From Escherichia phage teqhad: DNA of 64,000 bases. The position numbers were made by a program, and so were the translations under genes. Under the pieces are notes generated by a model, which worked only from the letters and a program-made list of their open reading frames with translations, did no database searches and had not been told where the DNA came from. How positions within the stretch are numbered: position 1 is the stretch's first letter; each line of letters begins with the position of its first letter. The stretch lies in sequence record NC_054933.1. One strand, given 5' to 3'. Below are positions 44,648-55,955 of this stretch, in pieces.

Positions 44648-45007
44648 TCAATACGGTTTAGCATCAAATTTTCTCTCAATTTCAGGTGTGAAATATAATT
44701 CTTTACCGCGTTTGGAAAAGCGACCAATAATATGATAATTATTCTCATCAAACGTAATATTACCAATATCCATAGCTTTCAACCAAATATCGATATTTCT
44801 ATCCAGCTTTATGTCAAAATTCCAATACGGAGAACTATTACCGAAAATACTGCAAGCGGATTCAGTGAAACAGCTACTATAAATCTTGTCTTTAGGAACT
44901 ACTAATTGATAGACACCTTTAATAAACTGAGGACCCTGCCATTTAGGTTGTTTCACGTCTTTTTCTAATAGAATAGGGTAATAATTAAAATTCATATTTT
45001 CCGCCAC
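44648..45007 (-). CDS. hypothetical protein inserted between frd and td
   Basis: 119 aa from GTG at 45007, or 115 aa from ATG at 44995; no recognisable motif. Confidence 0.55.
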   Translation of the reverse strand: MAENMNFNYYPILLEKDVKQPKWQGPQFIKGVYQLVVPKDKIYSSCFTESACSIFGNSSPYWNFDIKLDRNIDIWLKAMDIGNITFDENNYHIIGRFSKRGKELYFTPEIERKFDAKPY

Positions 45008-45015
45008 GCGTTATT

Positions 45016-45842
<827 letters not shown>

Positions 45843-45852
45843 ATTATTTTCC

Positions 45853-46095
45853 TTAAACAGACTTTTTCACAATTTTCCAATCAGCTTTAAACTGCTCGAC
45901 GTCAGAATGGTAAATCCAAAATCCTGCGCTTTCTCCGTCTTCATAAAGAGGGCATCCATCACATTCATCTTCCCATCCCATGTCACGTAAAAGATGTTCA
46001 GCTTTTTCAACAAGTTCAGAATCTTTACCGATGATATTAAAATACCATTTACCTCTAACTTCCGAATCTTTGATGCTCTGACGTTGTAATCTCAT
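45853..46095 (-). CDS. hypothetical protein (frd.x cluster)
   Basis: 80 aa; early promoter at 46124-46154. Confidence 0.55.
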   Translation of the reverse strand: MRLQRQSIKDSEVRGKWYFNIIGKDSELVEKAEHLLRDMGWEDECDGCPLYEDGESAGFWIYHSDVEQFKADWKIVKKSV

Positions 46096-46123
46096 TTTAT
46101 TCTCCTCAGTAGTTGATAGGGTA

Positions 46124-46154
46124 ATAGTATCACACTACTACCCTTTCTGTAAAC
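46124..46154 (-). promoter_or_regulatory. early promoter
   Basis: Minus strand GTTTACA ... TGATACTAT. Confidence 0.5.
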
Positions 46155-46534
46155 TACTTTTTGAAAGTTTTTCGCAAAAGTTTAATGATTTCGTCTACAT
46201 TGTTTTCGTCAACAATACAGTGAATTTTTGTTACGCCATAAACCTTGTCTTTGACTTCATCTTCTTCAGAAATTGGTTCTTTATACTCACGAAAACAATG
46301 AAATTCATCTTCGCAAATTTCTAAAAGTCTATCTTTGAGGTAAAAATGCTTTCCATTTGCGCATTCAATGTGTTTTACTGCTTTATATCCATTAGCGACG
46401 GAAACTTCTTTAACTTCAAACCATCCGCCATTATCTCGAATAGCTTTAACTATTGATGAATTAGAACGTGGGCTGTAATTAATAAATGTATCAATAAGTC
46501 TTGGAACAAGTTCATACTTTTTACCAGTATACAT
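46154..46534 (-). CDS. hypothetical protein (frd.x cluster)
   Basis: 126 aa. Confidence 0.6.
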   Translation of the reverse strand: MYTGKKYELVPRLIDTFINYSPRSNSSIVKAIRDNGGWFEVKEVSVANGYKAVKHIECANGKHFYLKDRLLEICEDEFHCFREYKEPISEEDEVKDKVYGVTKIHCIVDENNVDEIIKLLRKTFKK

Positions 46535-46578
46535 TACGTTTTCCTCATTTTGATAGGGGCTTGATAGCCCCTTGATAA

Positions 46579-46806
46579 TTATTGTTCAATCAGTCCCATG
46601 TAAAATTCTGCGTCTTCAGAATCCATGCCATCGCAATATTCATTAGCCATAAAGCGGGTGAGGTCTTCAAGAGGACCTTCAATAACGATTTGAATACTCC
46701 AAAACTTAGAATCTTGCACGCTTGTAATACTAAGTTCAGGATAACGATTACGAATAATTTCTTCAATATATTCAAAATCAACGATGTCAATATCAACTTT
46801 AGCCAT
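46579..46806 (-). CDS. hypothetical protein (frd.x cluster)
   Basis: 75 aa from ATG with AGAGGA upstream; ORF-track start at 46827 lacks an RBS. Confidence 0.55.
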   Translation of the reverse strand: MAKVDIDIVDFEYIEEIIRNRYPELSITSVQDSKFWSIQIVIEGPLEDLTRFMANEYCDGMDSEDAEFYMGLIEQ

Positions 46807-46845
46807 ATTGTTTTCCTCTTTAATCATCAGCAGTATTGCCGATAG

Positions 46846-46879
46846 TTGTATAGTACCACAGTCCTTGTGGTATGTAAAC
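46846..46879 (-). promoter_or_regulatory. early promoter within PeSL-like cassette
   Basis: Minus strand GGTTTACA ... TGGTACTAT, preceded by terminator 46909-46927. Confidence 0.55.
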
Positions 46880-46908
46880 CGTTTTGTGAAAAAATTTTTA
46901 AAATAAAA

Positions 46909-46927
46909 AAGGGGACCCTAGAGGTCC
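46909..46927 (-). terminator. terminator downstream of gene 32
   Basis: GGGGACC-CTAGA-GGTCCCC with A/T runs. Confidence 0.7.
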
Positions 46928-46951
46928 CCAATTAATTAGTAATATAATCTA

Positions 46952-47860
46952 TTAAAGGTCATTCAAAAGGTCATCCAGGTCCGTGTCATCAGCACTAGAT
47001 GAACTGCCAGAGCTTGAGCTCATAAAATCATCTTCAGTTTTTGTATTGAAGTCATCAACATTGAATGCATCCAAATCATCAGCAACTTTATCAGCTTTCT
47101 TAGCAGCAGTTGCAGCGGCACCGCCCATCACAGCAGTTCCCATAACTTGACCAAATTTAGTGCTCAGTTCTTCAAACGATTTGAATTTATCTTTAGAAGT
47201 CATTTCAGAAAGGTCAACCATTTGTTCGAACAGTTCTTTCTGGAAAGATTCATCGTCAATGTTTGGAATCGCAGATTGATTCAGGAATTTAGATTCGTCG
47301 TAGTTACTAAATCCAGAAACCTGTTTAACTTTCAGTACAAAGTTAGCACCTTCCCACGGACAAGTTACATCAACCGGAGTTTCACCCATTTCAACATCAA
47401 CCGCAATCATCGCGTTGATTTTATCCCAGATTTTCTTACCGAAACGATATTTAAATACTTTACCTTCGTTTTCTGGAGCAGCTGGGTCTTTTACAACAAG
47501 AATGTTAGCCCAGTAAGAAGTTTTACGTTTAACAAGACTGTACTCTTTGTTGTCAGTGTTGTACAGATCATTTTTACTGATGTATTGACATACTGGGCAA
47601 GAATCGTAATCACCGTGGGTAGATGAACAGTTTTCAATATACCATTTACCATTTTTCTTGAAACCGTGATTTACAAGAATTGCGAATGGTGCTTGTTCAT
47701 CATTTTTAGACGGAAGAAAACGAATTACTGCTTGACCGTTACCCGCATTGTCGAGTTTCAGTTTCCACTCGCCTTTATCTTCAGAAGAAAAACCACCTTT
47801 ATTTCCAGCCAGTTTAGCCATTTGTGCAGCGAGTTCAGCAGTAGATTTACGTTTAAACAT
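46952..47860 (-). CDS. 32: single-stranded DNA-binding protein gp32
   Basis: 302 aa; acidic Ser-rich C-terminus; AU-rich translational operator upstream. Confidence 0.95.
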   Translation of the reverse strand: MFKRKSTAELAAQMAKLAGNKGGFSSEDKGEWKLKLDNAGNGQAVIRFLPSKNDEQAPFAILVNHGFKKNGKWYIENCSSTHGDYDSCPVCQYISKNDLYNTDNKEYSLVKRKTSYWANILVVKDPAAPENEGKVFKYRFGKKIWDKINAMIAVDVEMGETPVDVTCPWEGANFVLKVKQVSGFSNYDESKFLNQSAIPNIDDESFQKELFEQMVDLSEMTSKDKFKSFEELSTKFGQVMGTAVMGGAAATAAKKADKVADDLDAFNVDDFNTKTEDDFMSSSSGSSSSADDTDLDDLLNDL

Positions 47861-47900
47861 TTTTATTTCCTTTTTAATTTAATTAACAGTTGGTGCTATG
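47861..47900 (-). promoter_or_regulatory. gene 32 autogenous translational operator (AU-rich leader)
   Basis: Minus-strand leader reads UUAAAUUAAAAAGGAAAUAAAA-AUG. Confidence 0.65.
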
Positions 47901-47943
47901 ACGATGTATGACCTCATAGCTGGTCAGTGAGATAATTATAATC

Positions 47944-47951
47944 TATTTATA
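47944..47951 (-). promoter_or_regulatory. late promoter TATAAATA for gene 32
   Basis: Reverse-complement TATAAATA upstream of gene 32 leader. Confidence 0.5.
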
Positions 47952-47959
47952 ATAAGCAA

Positions 47960-48613
47960 TTAATACTTACAAGATTTCACAGTTTCAATGAAAACATTTT
48001 TAGCTTTCTGTGAATCAATATTTAAAATTTTTCTATAAGCCTTTAACTTTATAGAATAATTATTCCAGACTAAATTATCAGTCTGTTCATCATGTTTATC
48101 AATTATATTTAAAAATGAATCAAGCAAGATAAACGTCTCAAACGAAATTATGTTCGATTGCAGAAGTTTAAAAATATAACTTGACTGAACTTTTGGATTA
48201 TACTCAAAGATTTCTTTAAAAGCAGAAACTTCAACTTTTTTACTAAAATAATAAATGTTGCGAATATCTTCTTCAAACTTAAATTTAATTTGCTTTAAGC
48301 GTCCGATATATTCACGATAAAACACAAGTGCATCAGCGTCAGAGATGTCACCAATCCAAGCATCTTGGTTAGCAACAAGATTGCTTATAAAGATTAAAGC
48401 AAGTTCCTTTAATTTATATTTTTCTGATAACTTCTGGAAAAAATACTTATCCCTTCGCTTTTGATAAGCGGCATCAGACACCCGCATGCACCAATTATAC
48501 TTAATAACATCATACTTTCCATTCATATGCTGTTTTATCATTAAGTATAATTTATAAACTGATTTACCATCAATGTATCTTTCACCACCAGCAGGCATGC
48601 GGAGTTTAATCAT
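47960..48613 (-). CDS. 59: helicase loader gp59
   Basis: 217 aa. Confidence 0.92.
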   Translation of the reverse strand: MIKLRMPAGGERYIDGKSVYKLYLMIKQHMNGKYDVIKYNWCMRVSDAAYQKRRDKYFFQKLSEKYKLKELALIFISNLVANQDAWIGDISDADALVFYREYIGRLKQIKFKFEEDIRNIYYFSKKVEVSAFKEIFEYNPKVQSSYIFKLLQSNIISFETFILLDSFLNIIDKHDEQTDNLVWNNYSIKLKAYRKILNIDSQKAKNVFIETVKSCKY

Positions 48614-48948
48614 AGTAGAAAATCTAATGTATTAGTTTTTTCACAACGAACAACAGAAGGACGTAAAAGATTTTCGTCAATAGCTTCTGACTGAATTTTT
48701 TCAATTATACCCGAAGGAATAAATTTAGCAAATTGAGTTTCAGGAATAGAGTTTTCTTCCAAGAATGCTGTCGTAGCTTCAAGATAACTCATTCCAAACT
48801 CTTCTACCATTTTTTCAATAATAAATCCATTTTCTTGACGATCAAGAAGCTTTGCTATTTCATCCTTTTCTTTCTTGATTGAAAGTTCTTTTTCTGAAAG
48901 ACCGGTCTCATCGACCGGACGAATATCATTTAGAGAAAACTGTGTCAT
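48610..48948 (-). CDS. 33: late transcription co-activator gp33
   Basis: 112 aa from MTQFSLNDIRPVDETGL... Confidence 0.88.
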   Translation of the reverse strand: MTQFSLNDIRPVDETGLSEKELSIKKEKDEIAKLLDRQENGFIIEKMVEEFGMSYLEATTAFLEENSIPETQFAKFIPSGIIEKIQSEAIDENLLRPSVVRCEKTNTLDFLL

Positions 48949-49195
48949 AAAGTTCAACTACCTCTTCAGTTTCAGCTTCAAACACATCACGGTTATCTTT
49001 ATGATACAAAGCTAACAGACGATTAAACATCTTACCATCAACGCCAAGTTCATCTTTGGCACGAATTCGAATATCTTTAATCAGTTCATTATAACCGGAA
49101 ATTTTCAGTTTATGATCAGATGCTTCTTTAATAAATTTAGCCAAGTCTTCGCCGTGGATAGCTTCATCAAATTCAACCATTTCTTTTTTAGCCAT
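48926..49195 (-). CDS. dsbA: dsDNA-binding protein DsbA
   Basis: 89 aa. Confidence 0.85.
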   Translation of the reverse strand: MAKKEMVEFDEAIHGEDLAKFIKEASDHKLKISGYNELIKDIRIRAKDELGVDGKMFNRLLALYHKDNRDVFEAETEEVVELYDTVFSK

Positions 49196-49203
49196 TATTC
49201 ACC

Positions 49204-50121
49204 TCAAAATTCATTAATGCTATTAGTTAATTTAGAAAGACCCGCTTTTACAAAATATGAATAAATTTTGCCACGCGGTGGTAATTTATATGAATTATAG
49301 TAATTCACAATGTTTGAAGCAATATTATCAGGAATATAATCAAAATCAATTAGAACTAAATTTTCTTTATAACGATTATATTCAGATTCTGTAAGAAGCA
49401 CCTTAGCTTGCTCACGGTCATTAGCAATAGCTTCAACGATTGAAGTTTTCATTGAAGGAGTTCGTTCACCTTCAACTCTGGTAAACCAAAAGTCAGATCG
49501 TACTTTAACTGAAGCAACGTTGTCCTTTTTGTCGCCTTTAAGGATTTTAGTCATACAGTCAATTTCAGCAGAACCGCTTTTAATTTTAACCCATTTCTTA
49601 TGCATCGGTGACCATTGCTTAACATTTGGGTATTTATGAAGCTGTGTAAAGTCACCATCCGATGAAATGATTAAAATCTTGTGTCCTTCTAAAGAGAACT
49701 TTTTAACAAGAACAGCAATGTGGTCATCTGCTTCATACTTATCAATATCCATAACAATGTATGGCATATAAGCTTTCAATTCATCTATAACTTTATGACT
49801 GGATTCAAAATAACCTTCCCAGTCCCAAGTCGATTCTTCTCGTGCTTTTCCACGGTTTTTCTTATAATAATAAGCAAAATCACGGCGCCAGTATCCAGAT
49901 TTCGCGTTATCAATACACAGTACAATTTTAGTGTATCCAAGCGTTTTTGCTTTTTTGACGTTAAACTTAATTGAGTTCAATATCAAATGACGAACCATTG
50001 ATAAATTAATTTTTTCTTTATCTGGGAAGTTTACCAGAGCAGTTGAAAGCGCGATTTGACTAAAGTCAATTAAGCAAATTCCTTCTTTGTAATCTTCATC
50101 CAGCATCATTTCTAAATCCAT
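49204..50121 (-). CDS. rnh: RNase H (5'-3' exonuclease, FEN family)
   Basis: 305 aa from MDLEMMLDEDYKEG...; ORF-track start is a TTG 5 codons upstream. Confidence 0.92.
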   Translation of the reverse strand: MDLEMMLDEDYKEGICLIDFSQIALSTALVNFPDKEKINLSMVRHLILNSIKFNVKKAKTLGYTKIVLCIDNAKSGYWRRDFAYYYKKNRGKAREESTWDWEGYFESSHKVIDELKAYMPYIVMDIDKYEADDHIAVLVKKFSLEGHKILIISSDGDFTQLHKYPNVKQWSPMHKKWVKIKSGSAEIDCMTKILKGDKKDNVASVKVRSDFWFTRVEGERTPSMKTSIVEAIANDREQAKVLLTESEYNRYKENLVLIDFDYIPDNIASNIVNYYNSYKLPPRGKIYSYFVKAGLSKLTNSINEF

Positions 50122-50183
50122 ATGAACCTCGTTCAATTAGTGAGATTTCTATTATATACCATCCAAATCTTAAAGTAAACAAG

Positions 50184-50191
50184 TATAAATA
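50184..50191 (+). promoter_or_regulatory. late promoter TATAAATA (gene 34)
   Basis: Exact TATAAATA 35 nt upstream of ATG. Confidence 0.7.
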
Positions 50192-50225
50192 CTTATTATT
50201 GAAAACACAATAGGAGCCCGGGAGA

Positions 50226-53200
50226 ATGGCCGAGATTAAAAGAAAGTTCAGAGCAGAAGATGGTCTGGACGCAGGTGGTGATAAAATAATCAACGTAGCT
50301 TTAGCTGATCGTACCGTAGGAACTGACGGTGTTAACGTTGATTACTTAATTCAAGAAAACACAGTTCAACAATACGATCCAACTCGTGGATATTTAAAAG
50401 ATTTTGTAATCATTTATGATAACCGCTTTTGGGCTGCTATAAATGATATTCCAAAACCGGCAGGAGCTTTTAATAGCGGACGCTGGAGAGCATTACGTAC
50501 CGATGCTAACTGGATTACGGTTTCATCTGGTTCATATCAATTAAAATCTGGTGAAGCAATTTCGGTTAACACTGCAGCTGGAAATGACATTACGTTTACT
50601 TTACCGTCTTCTCCAATTGATGGTGATACTATCGTTCTCCAAGATATTGGAGGAAAACCTGGAGTTAACCAAGTTTTAATTGTAGCTCCAGTGCAAAGTA
50701 TTGTAAACTTTAGAGGTGAACAGGTACGTTCAGTACTAATGACTCATCCAAAGTCACAGCTAGTTTTAATTTTTAGTAATCGTCTGTGGCAAATGTATGT
50801 TGCTGATTATAGTAGAGAAGCTGTAATTGTAACACCAGCGAATACTTATCAAGCGCAATCAAATGATTTTATCGTACGTAGATTTACTTCTGCTGCACCG
50901 ATAAATATTAAACTTCCGAGATTTGCTAATCACGGCGATATTATTAATTTCGTCGATTTGGATAAATTAAACCCTCTTTATCATACAATTGTTACGACAT
51001 ACGATGAAACGACATCAGTACAAGAAGTTGGAACTCATTCCATTGAAGGCCGTACATCGATTGACGGTTTCTTGATGTTTGATGATAATGAGAAATTGTG
51101 GAGATTGTTTGACGGGGATAGTAAAGCACGTTTACGTATCATAACGACTAATTCAAACATTCGTCCAAACGAAGAAGTTATGGTATTTGGTGCGAATAAC
51201 GGAACAATTCAAACAATTGAGCTTCAGCTTCCAACTAATATTTCTGTTGGTGATACTGTTAAAATTTCCATGAATTACATGAGAAAAGGACAAACAGTTA
51301 AAATCAAAGCTGCCGGTGAAGATAAAATTGCTTCTTCAGTTCAATTGCTGCAATTCCCAAAACGTTCAGAGTATCCGCCTGAAGCTGAGTGGGTTACAGT
51401 TCAAGAATTAGTTTTTAACGGTGAAACTAATTATGTTCCGGTTTTACAACTTGCTTATATAGAAGATTCTGATGGAAAATACTGGGTTGTACAGCAAAAC
51501 GTTCCAACCGTAGAAAGAGTAGATTCTTTAAATGATTCTACTAGAGCAAGATTAGGCGTAATTGCTTTAGCTACACAAGCTCAAGCTAATGTCGATTTAG
51601 AAAATTCTCCGCAAAAAGAATTAGCAATTACTCCAGAAACGTTAGCTAATCGTACTGCTACTGAAACTCGCAGAGGTATTGCAAGAATAGCAACTACTGC
51701 TCAAGTGAATCAGAACACCACATTCTCTTTTGCTGACGATATTATCATCACTCCTAAAAAGCTGAATGAAAGAACTGCTACAGAAACTCGCAGAGGTGTT
51801 GCTGAAATTGCTACGCAGCAAGAAACTAATACAGGTACTGATGATACTACAATCATTACTCCTAAAAAGCTTCAAGCTCGCCAAGGTTCTGAGTCATTAT
51901 CTGGTATTGTAACTTTTGTATCTACTGCAGGTGCTACTCCAGCTTCTAGCCGTGAATTAAATGGTACTAATGTTTATAATAAAAACACTAATAATTTAGT
52001 TGTTTCGCCTAAAGCACTGGATCAGTATAAAGCTACTCCAACGCAACAAGGTGCAGTAATTTTAGCAGTTGAAAGTGAAGTAATTGCTGGACAGAGTCAA
52101 GAAGGATGGGCAAATGCGGTTGTAACGCCAGAAACGTTACATAAAAAGACATCAACTGATGGAAGAATTGGTTTAATTGAAATTGCTACGCAAAGTGAAG
52201 TTAATACAGGAACTGATTATACTCGTGCAGTCACTCCTAAAACTTTAAATGACCGTAGAGCAACTGAAAGTTTAAGCGGTATAGCTGAAATTGCTACACA
52301 AGTTGAATTCGACGCAGGCGTCGACGATACTCGTATCTCTACACCATTAAAAATTAAAACCAGATTTAATAGTACTGATCGTACTTCTGTTGTTGCTCTA
52401 TCTGGATTAGTTGAATCAGGAACTCTCTGGGACCATTATACCCTTAATATTCTTGAAGCAAATGAGACACAGCGTGGTACACTTCGTGTAGCTACACAGG
52501 TTGAAGCTGCTGCAGGAACATTAGATAATGTTTTAATAACTCCTAAAAAGCTTTTAGGTACTAAATCTACCGAATCACAGGAAGGTGTTATTAAAGTTGC
52601 AACTCAGTCTGAAACTGTGACTGGAGCATCAGCAAATACTGCTGTATCTCCAAAAAATTTAAAATGGATTGTGCAGAGTGAACCTACCTGGGCAGCTACT
52701 ACTGCGGTAAGAGGTTTTGTTAAAACTTCATCTGGTTCAATTACGTTCGTTGGTAATGATACAGTCGGTTCTACCCAAGATTTAGAACTGTATGAGAAAA
52801 ATAGCTATGCAATATCACCATATGAATTAAACCGTGTATTAGCAAATTATTTACCGTTAAAAGCAAAAGCTGCAGATAGTAATTTATTGGATGGTCTAGA
52901 TTCATCTCAGTTCATTCGTAGGGATATTGCACAGACGGTTAATGGTTCACTAACCTTAACCCAACAAACGAATCTGAGTGCCCCTCTTGTATCATCTAGT
53001 ACTGGTGAATTTGGTGGTTCATTGGCCGCTAACTCAACATTTACTATCCGTAACACAGGAACTATGACGCCCCGTATCGTTTTCGAAAAAGGTCCTGCAT
53101 CTGGTGCAAACCCGGCACAGCCAATGAGTATTCGTGTATGGGGTAACCAATTTGGTGGCGGTAGTGATACGACTCGTTCGACAGTGCTTGAAGTTGGCGA

Positions 53201-54098
53201 TGAAACATCTTATCACTTTTATTCTCAACGTAATAAAGACGGTAATATAGCGTTTAGCATTAATGGTACTGTAATGCCAATAAACATTAATGCTTCCGGT
53301 TTGATGAATGTGAATGGCGTTGCAACATTCGGTCGTTCAGTTACAGCCAATGGTGAATTCATTAGCAAGTCTGCAAATGCTTTTAGAGCAATTAGTGGTG
53401 ATTACGGATTCTTTATTCGCAATGATGCTGCTAATACCTATTTTATGCTTACTGCATCTGGTGATCAGACTGGCGGATTTAATGGATTACGTCCTTTAGC
53501 TATTAATAATGCATCTGGTCAGGTTACGATTGGTGAAGGCTTAATCATTGCCAAAGGTGCTACTATAAATTCAGGTGGTTTAACTGTTAACTCGAGAATT
53601 CGTTCTCAGGGTACTAAAACATCTGATTTATACACCCGTGCGCCAACATCTGATACTGTAGGATTCTGGTCAATCGATATTAACGATTCAGCCACTTATA
53701 ACCAGTTCCCGGGTTATTTTAAAATGGTTGAAAAAACTAATGAAGTGACTGGGCTTCCATACTTAGAACGTGGCGAAGAAGTTAAATCTCCTGGTACATT
53801 GACTCAGTTTGGTAACACACTTGATTCGCTTTACCAAGATTGGATTACTTATCCAACGACACCAGAAGCGCGTACTACTCGCTGGACACGTACATGGCAG
53901 AAAACCAAAAACTCTTGGTCAAGTTTTGTTCAGGTATTTGATGGAGGTAACCCTCCTCAACCATCTGATATCGGTGCTTTACCATCTGATAATGCTACAA
54001 TGGGGAATCTTACTATTCGTGATTTCTTACGAATTGGTAATGTTCGCATTGTTCCTGACCCAGTGAATAAAACGGTTAAATTTGAATGGGTTGAATAA
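50226..54098 (+). CDS. 34: long tail fibre proximal subunit gp34
   Basis: 1290 aa; late promoter at 50184-50191. Confidence 0.93.
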   Translation: MAEIKRKFRAEDGLDAGGDKIINVALADRTVGTDGVNVDYLIQENTVQQYDPTRGYLKDFVIIYDNRFWAAINDIPKPAGAFNSGRWRALRTDANWITVSSGSYQLKSGEAISVNTAAGNDITFTLPSSPIDGDTIVLQDIGGKPGVNQVLIVAPVQSIVNFRGEQVRSVLMTHPKSQLVLIFSNRLWQMYVADYSREAVIVTPANTYQAQSNDFIVRRFTSAAPINIKLPRFANHGDIINFVDLDKLNPLYHTIVTTYDETTSVQEVGTHSIEGRTSIDGFLMFDDNEKLWRLFDGDSKARLRIITTNSNIRPNEEVMVFGANNGTIQTIELQLPTNISVGDTVKISMNYMRKGQTVKIKAAGEDKIASSVQLLQFPKRSEYPPEAEWVTVQELVFNGETNYVPVLQLAYIEDSDGKYWVVQQNVPTVERVDSLNDSTRARLGVIALATQAQANVDLENSPQKELAITPETLANRTATETRRGIARIATTAQVNQNTTFSFADDIIITPKKLNERTATETRRGVAEIATQQETNTGTDDTTIITPKKLQARQGSESLSGIVTFVSTAGATPASSRELNGTNVYNKNTNNLVVSPKALDQYKATPTQQGAVILAVESEVIAGQSQEGWANAVVTPETLHKKTSTDGRIGLIEIATQSEVNTGTDYTRAVTPKTLNDRRATESLSGIAEIATQVEFDAGVDDTRISTPLKIKTRFNSTDRTSVVALSGLVESGTLWDHYTLNILEANETQRGTLRVATQVEAAAGTLDNVLITPKKLLGTKSTESQEGVIKVATQSETVTGASANTAVSPKNLKWIVQSEPTWAATTAVRGFVKTSSGSITFVGNDTVGSTQDLELYEKNSYAISPYELNRVLANYLPLKAKAADSNLLDGLDSSQFIRRDIAQTVNGSLTLTQQTNLSAPLVSSSTGEFGGSLAANSTFTIRNTGTMTPRIVFEKGPASGANPAQPMSIRVWGNQFGGGSDTTRSTVLEVGDETSYHFYSQRNKDGNIAFSINGTVMPININASGLMNVNGVATFGRSVTANGEFISKSANAFRAISGDYGFFIRNDAANTYFMLTASGDQTGGFNGLRPLAINNASGQVTIGEGLIIAKGATINSGGLTVNSRIRSQGTKTSDLYTRAPTSDTVGFWSIDINDSATYNQFPGYFKMVEKTNEVTGLPYLERGEEVKSPGTLTQFGNTLDSLYQDWITYPTTPEARTTRWTRTWQKTKNSWSSFVQVFDGGNPPQPSDIGALPSDNATMGNLTIRDFLRIGNVRIVPDPVNKTVKFEWVE

Positions 54099-54106
54099 GA
54101 GGTATT

Positions 54107-55222
54107 ATGGAAAAATTTATGGCAGAGTTTGGACAAGGATATGTCCAAACGCCATTTTTATCGGAAAGCAATTCAGTAAGATATAAAATAAGCATAGCGG
54201 GTTCTTGCCCGCTTTCTACAGCAGGACCATACGTTAAATTTCAGGATAATCCTGTAGGAAGTCAAACATTTAGCGCAGGCCTTCATTTAAGAGTTTTTGA
54301 CCCTTCCACCGGAGCATTAGTTGATAGTAAGTCATATGCTTTTTCGACTTCAAATGATACTACATCTGCTGCCTTTGTTAGTTTCATGAATTCTTTGACG
54401 AATAATCGAATTGTTGCTATATTAACTAACGGAAAGGTTAATTTTCCTCCTGAAGTAGTATCTTGGTTAAGAACCGTCGGAACGTCTGCTTTTCCATCTG
54501 ACTCTATATTGTCAAGATTTGACGTATCATATGCTGCTTTTTATACTTCTTCTAAAAGAGCTATCGCATTAGAGCATGTTAAATTAAGTAATAGAAAAAG
54601 CACAGATGATTATCAAACTATTTTAGATGTTGTATTTGACAGTTTAGAAGATGTCGGAGCTACCGGGTTTCCAAGAAGAACGTATGAAAGCGTTGAGCAA
54701 TTTATGTCAGCGGTTGGTGGAACTAATAACGAAATTGCGAGATTGCCAACTTCAGCTGCTATAAGTAAATTATCTGATTATAATTTAATTCCTGGAGATG
54801 TTCTTTATCTTAAAGCCCAGTTATATGCTGATGCCGATTTACTTGCTCTTGGAACTGCGAATATATCCATTCGATTTTATAATGCATCAAATGGATATAT
54901 TTCCTCAACACAGGCTGAATTTACCGGGCAAGCTGGATCTTGGGAATTAAAGGAAGATTATGTAGTTGTTCCAGAAAACGCTGTAGGATTTACGATATAT
55001 GCACAAAGAACTGCACAAGCTGGCCAAGGTGGCATGAGAAATTTAAGCTTTTCTGAAGTATCAAGAAATGGCGGAATTTCAAAACCCGCTGAATTTGGCG
55101 TCAACGGCATTCGTGTTAATTATATCTGTGAATCTGCTTCACCTCCGGATATAATGGTACTTCCTACACAAGCATCGTCTAAAACTGGTAAAGTGTTTGG
55201 GCAAGAATTTAGAGAAGTATAA
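54107..55222 (+). CDS. 35: long tail fibre hinge protein gp35
   Basis: 371 aa. Confidence 0.9.
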   Translation: MEKFMAEFGQGYVQTPFLSESNSVRYKISIAGSCPLSTAGPYVKFQDNPVGSQTFSAGLHLRVFDPSTGALVDSKSYAFSTSNDTTSAAFVSFMNSLTNNRIVAILTNGKVNFPPEVVSWLRTVGTSAFPSDSILSRFDVSYAAFYTSSKRAIALEHVKLSNRKSTDDYQTILDVVFDSLEDVGATGFPRRTYESVEQFMSAVGGTNNEIARLPTSAAISKLSDYNLIPGDVLYLKAQLYADADLLALGTANISIRFYNASNGYISSTQAEFTGQAGSWELKEDYVVVPENAVGFTIYAQRTAQAGQGGMRNLSFSEVSRNGGISKPAEFGVNGIRVNYICESASPPDIMVLPTQASSKTGKVFGQEFREV

Positions 55223-55227
55223 ATTGA

Positions 55228-55252
55228 GGGAGCCTTCGGGTTCCCTTTTTCT
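55228..55252 (+). terminator. terminator after gene 35
   Basis: GGGAGCC-UUCG-GGUUCCC plus T-run. Confidence 0.7.
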
Positions 55253-55253
55253 T

Positions 55254-55261
55254 TATAAATA
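55254..55261 (+). promoter_or_regulatory. late promoter TATAAATA (gene 36)
   Basis: Exact TATAAATA after terminator hairpin. Confidence 0.7.
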
Positions 55262-55284
55262 CTATTAAAATAAAGGGGCATACA

Positions 55285-55947
55285 ATGGCTGATTTAAAAG
55301 TAGGTTCAACAACTGGAGGCTCTGTCATTTGGCATCAAGGAAATTTTCCATTGAATCCGGCCGGTGACGATGTACTCTATAAATCATTTAAAATATATTC
55401 AGAATATAACAAACCACAAGCTACAGATAACGATTTCGTTTCTAAAGCTAATGGTGGTACTTACGCCGCGACTGTTCGATTTAATGGAGGCGTGCATGTT
55501 CCTACTATAGGTAGTAGTCAACAGTGCGGTGTTTATCCAGGTAACGGTGATGCAGCTACTTTTGCTATGGCAAATATTGATATTGTTTCGTGGAATGGTA
55601 TTGGTTTTAAATCATCACAAGGTTCAGCAGACCGAACTGTTGTAATTAATGCACGTAATGGTGATATTAGTACAAAAGGCGTTGTGACAGCAGTAGGTCA
55701 AATAAGAAGTAATGCAGTTGCTCCTGTAGCAGCGAATGACCTTACTAGAAAGGACTATGTTGATGGAGCAATAAATACTGTTACGGCAAATGCAAACTCT
55801 AGGGTGCTACGGTCTGGTGACACCATGACAGGTAATTTAACAGCGCCAAACTTTTTCTCGCAGAATCCTGCATCTCAACCTTCACACGTTCCACGATTTG
55901 ACCAAATCGTAATTAAGGATTCTGTTCAAGATTTCGGCTATTATTAA
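55285..55947 (+). CDS. 36: long tail fibre hinge/distal connector gp36
   Basis: 220 aa; late promoter at 55254-55261. Confidence 0.9.
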   Translation: MADLKVGSTTGGSVIWHQGNFPLNPAGDDVLYKSFKIYSEYNKPQATDNDFVSKANGGTYAATVRFNGGVHVPTIGSSQQCGVYPGNGDAATFAMANIDIVSWNGIGFKSSQGSADRTVVINARNGDISTKGVVTAVGQIRSNAVAPVAANDLTRKDYVDGAINTVTANANSRVLRSGDTMTGNLTAPNFFSQNPASQPSHVPRFDQIVIKDSVQDFGYY

Positions 55948-55955
55948 GAGGACTT

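Noticed and set aside
47147-47911. Plus-strand ORFs of 159 and 81 aa opposite gene 32
   Set aside because: Antisense to the strongly supported gp32 coding sequence and its operator.
50096-50293. 65-aa minus-strand ORF spanning the rnh start and gene 34 promoter
   Set aside because: It overlaps the 5' ends of two well-supported divergent genes and a late promoter; no RBS.
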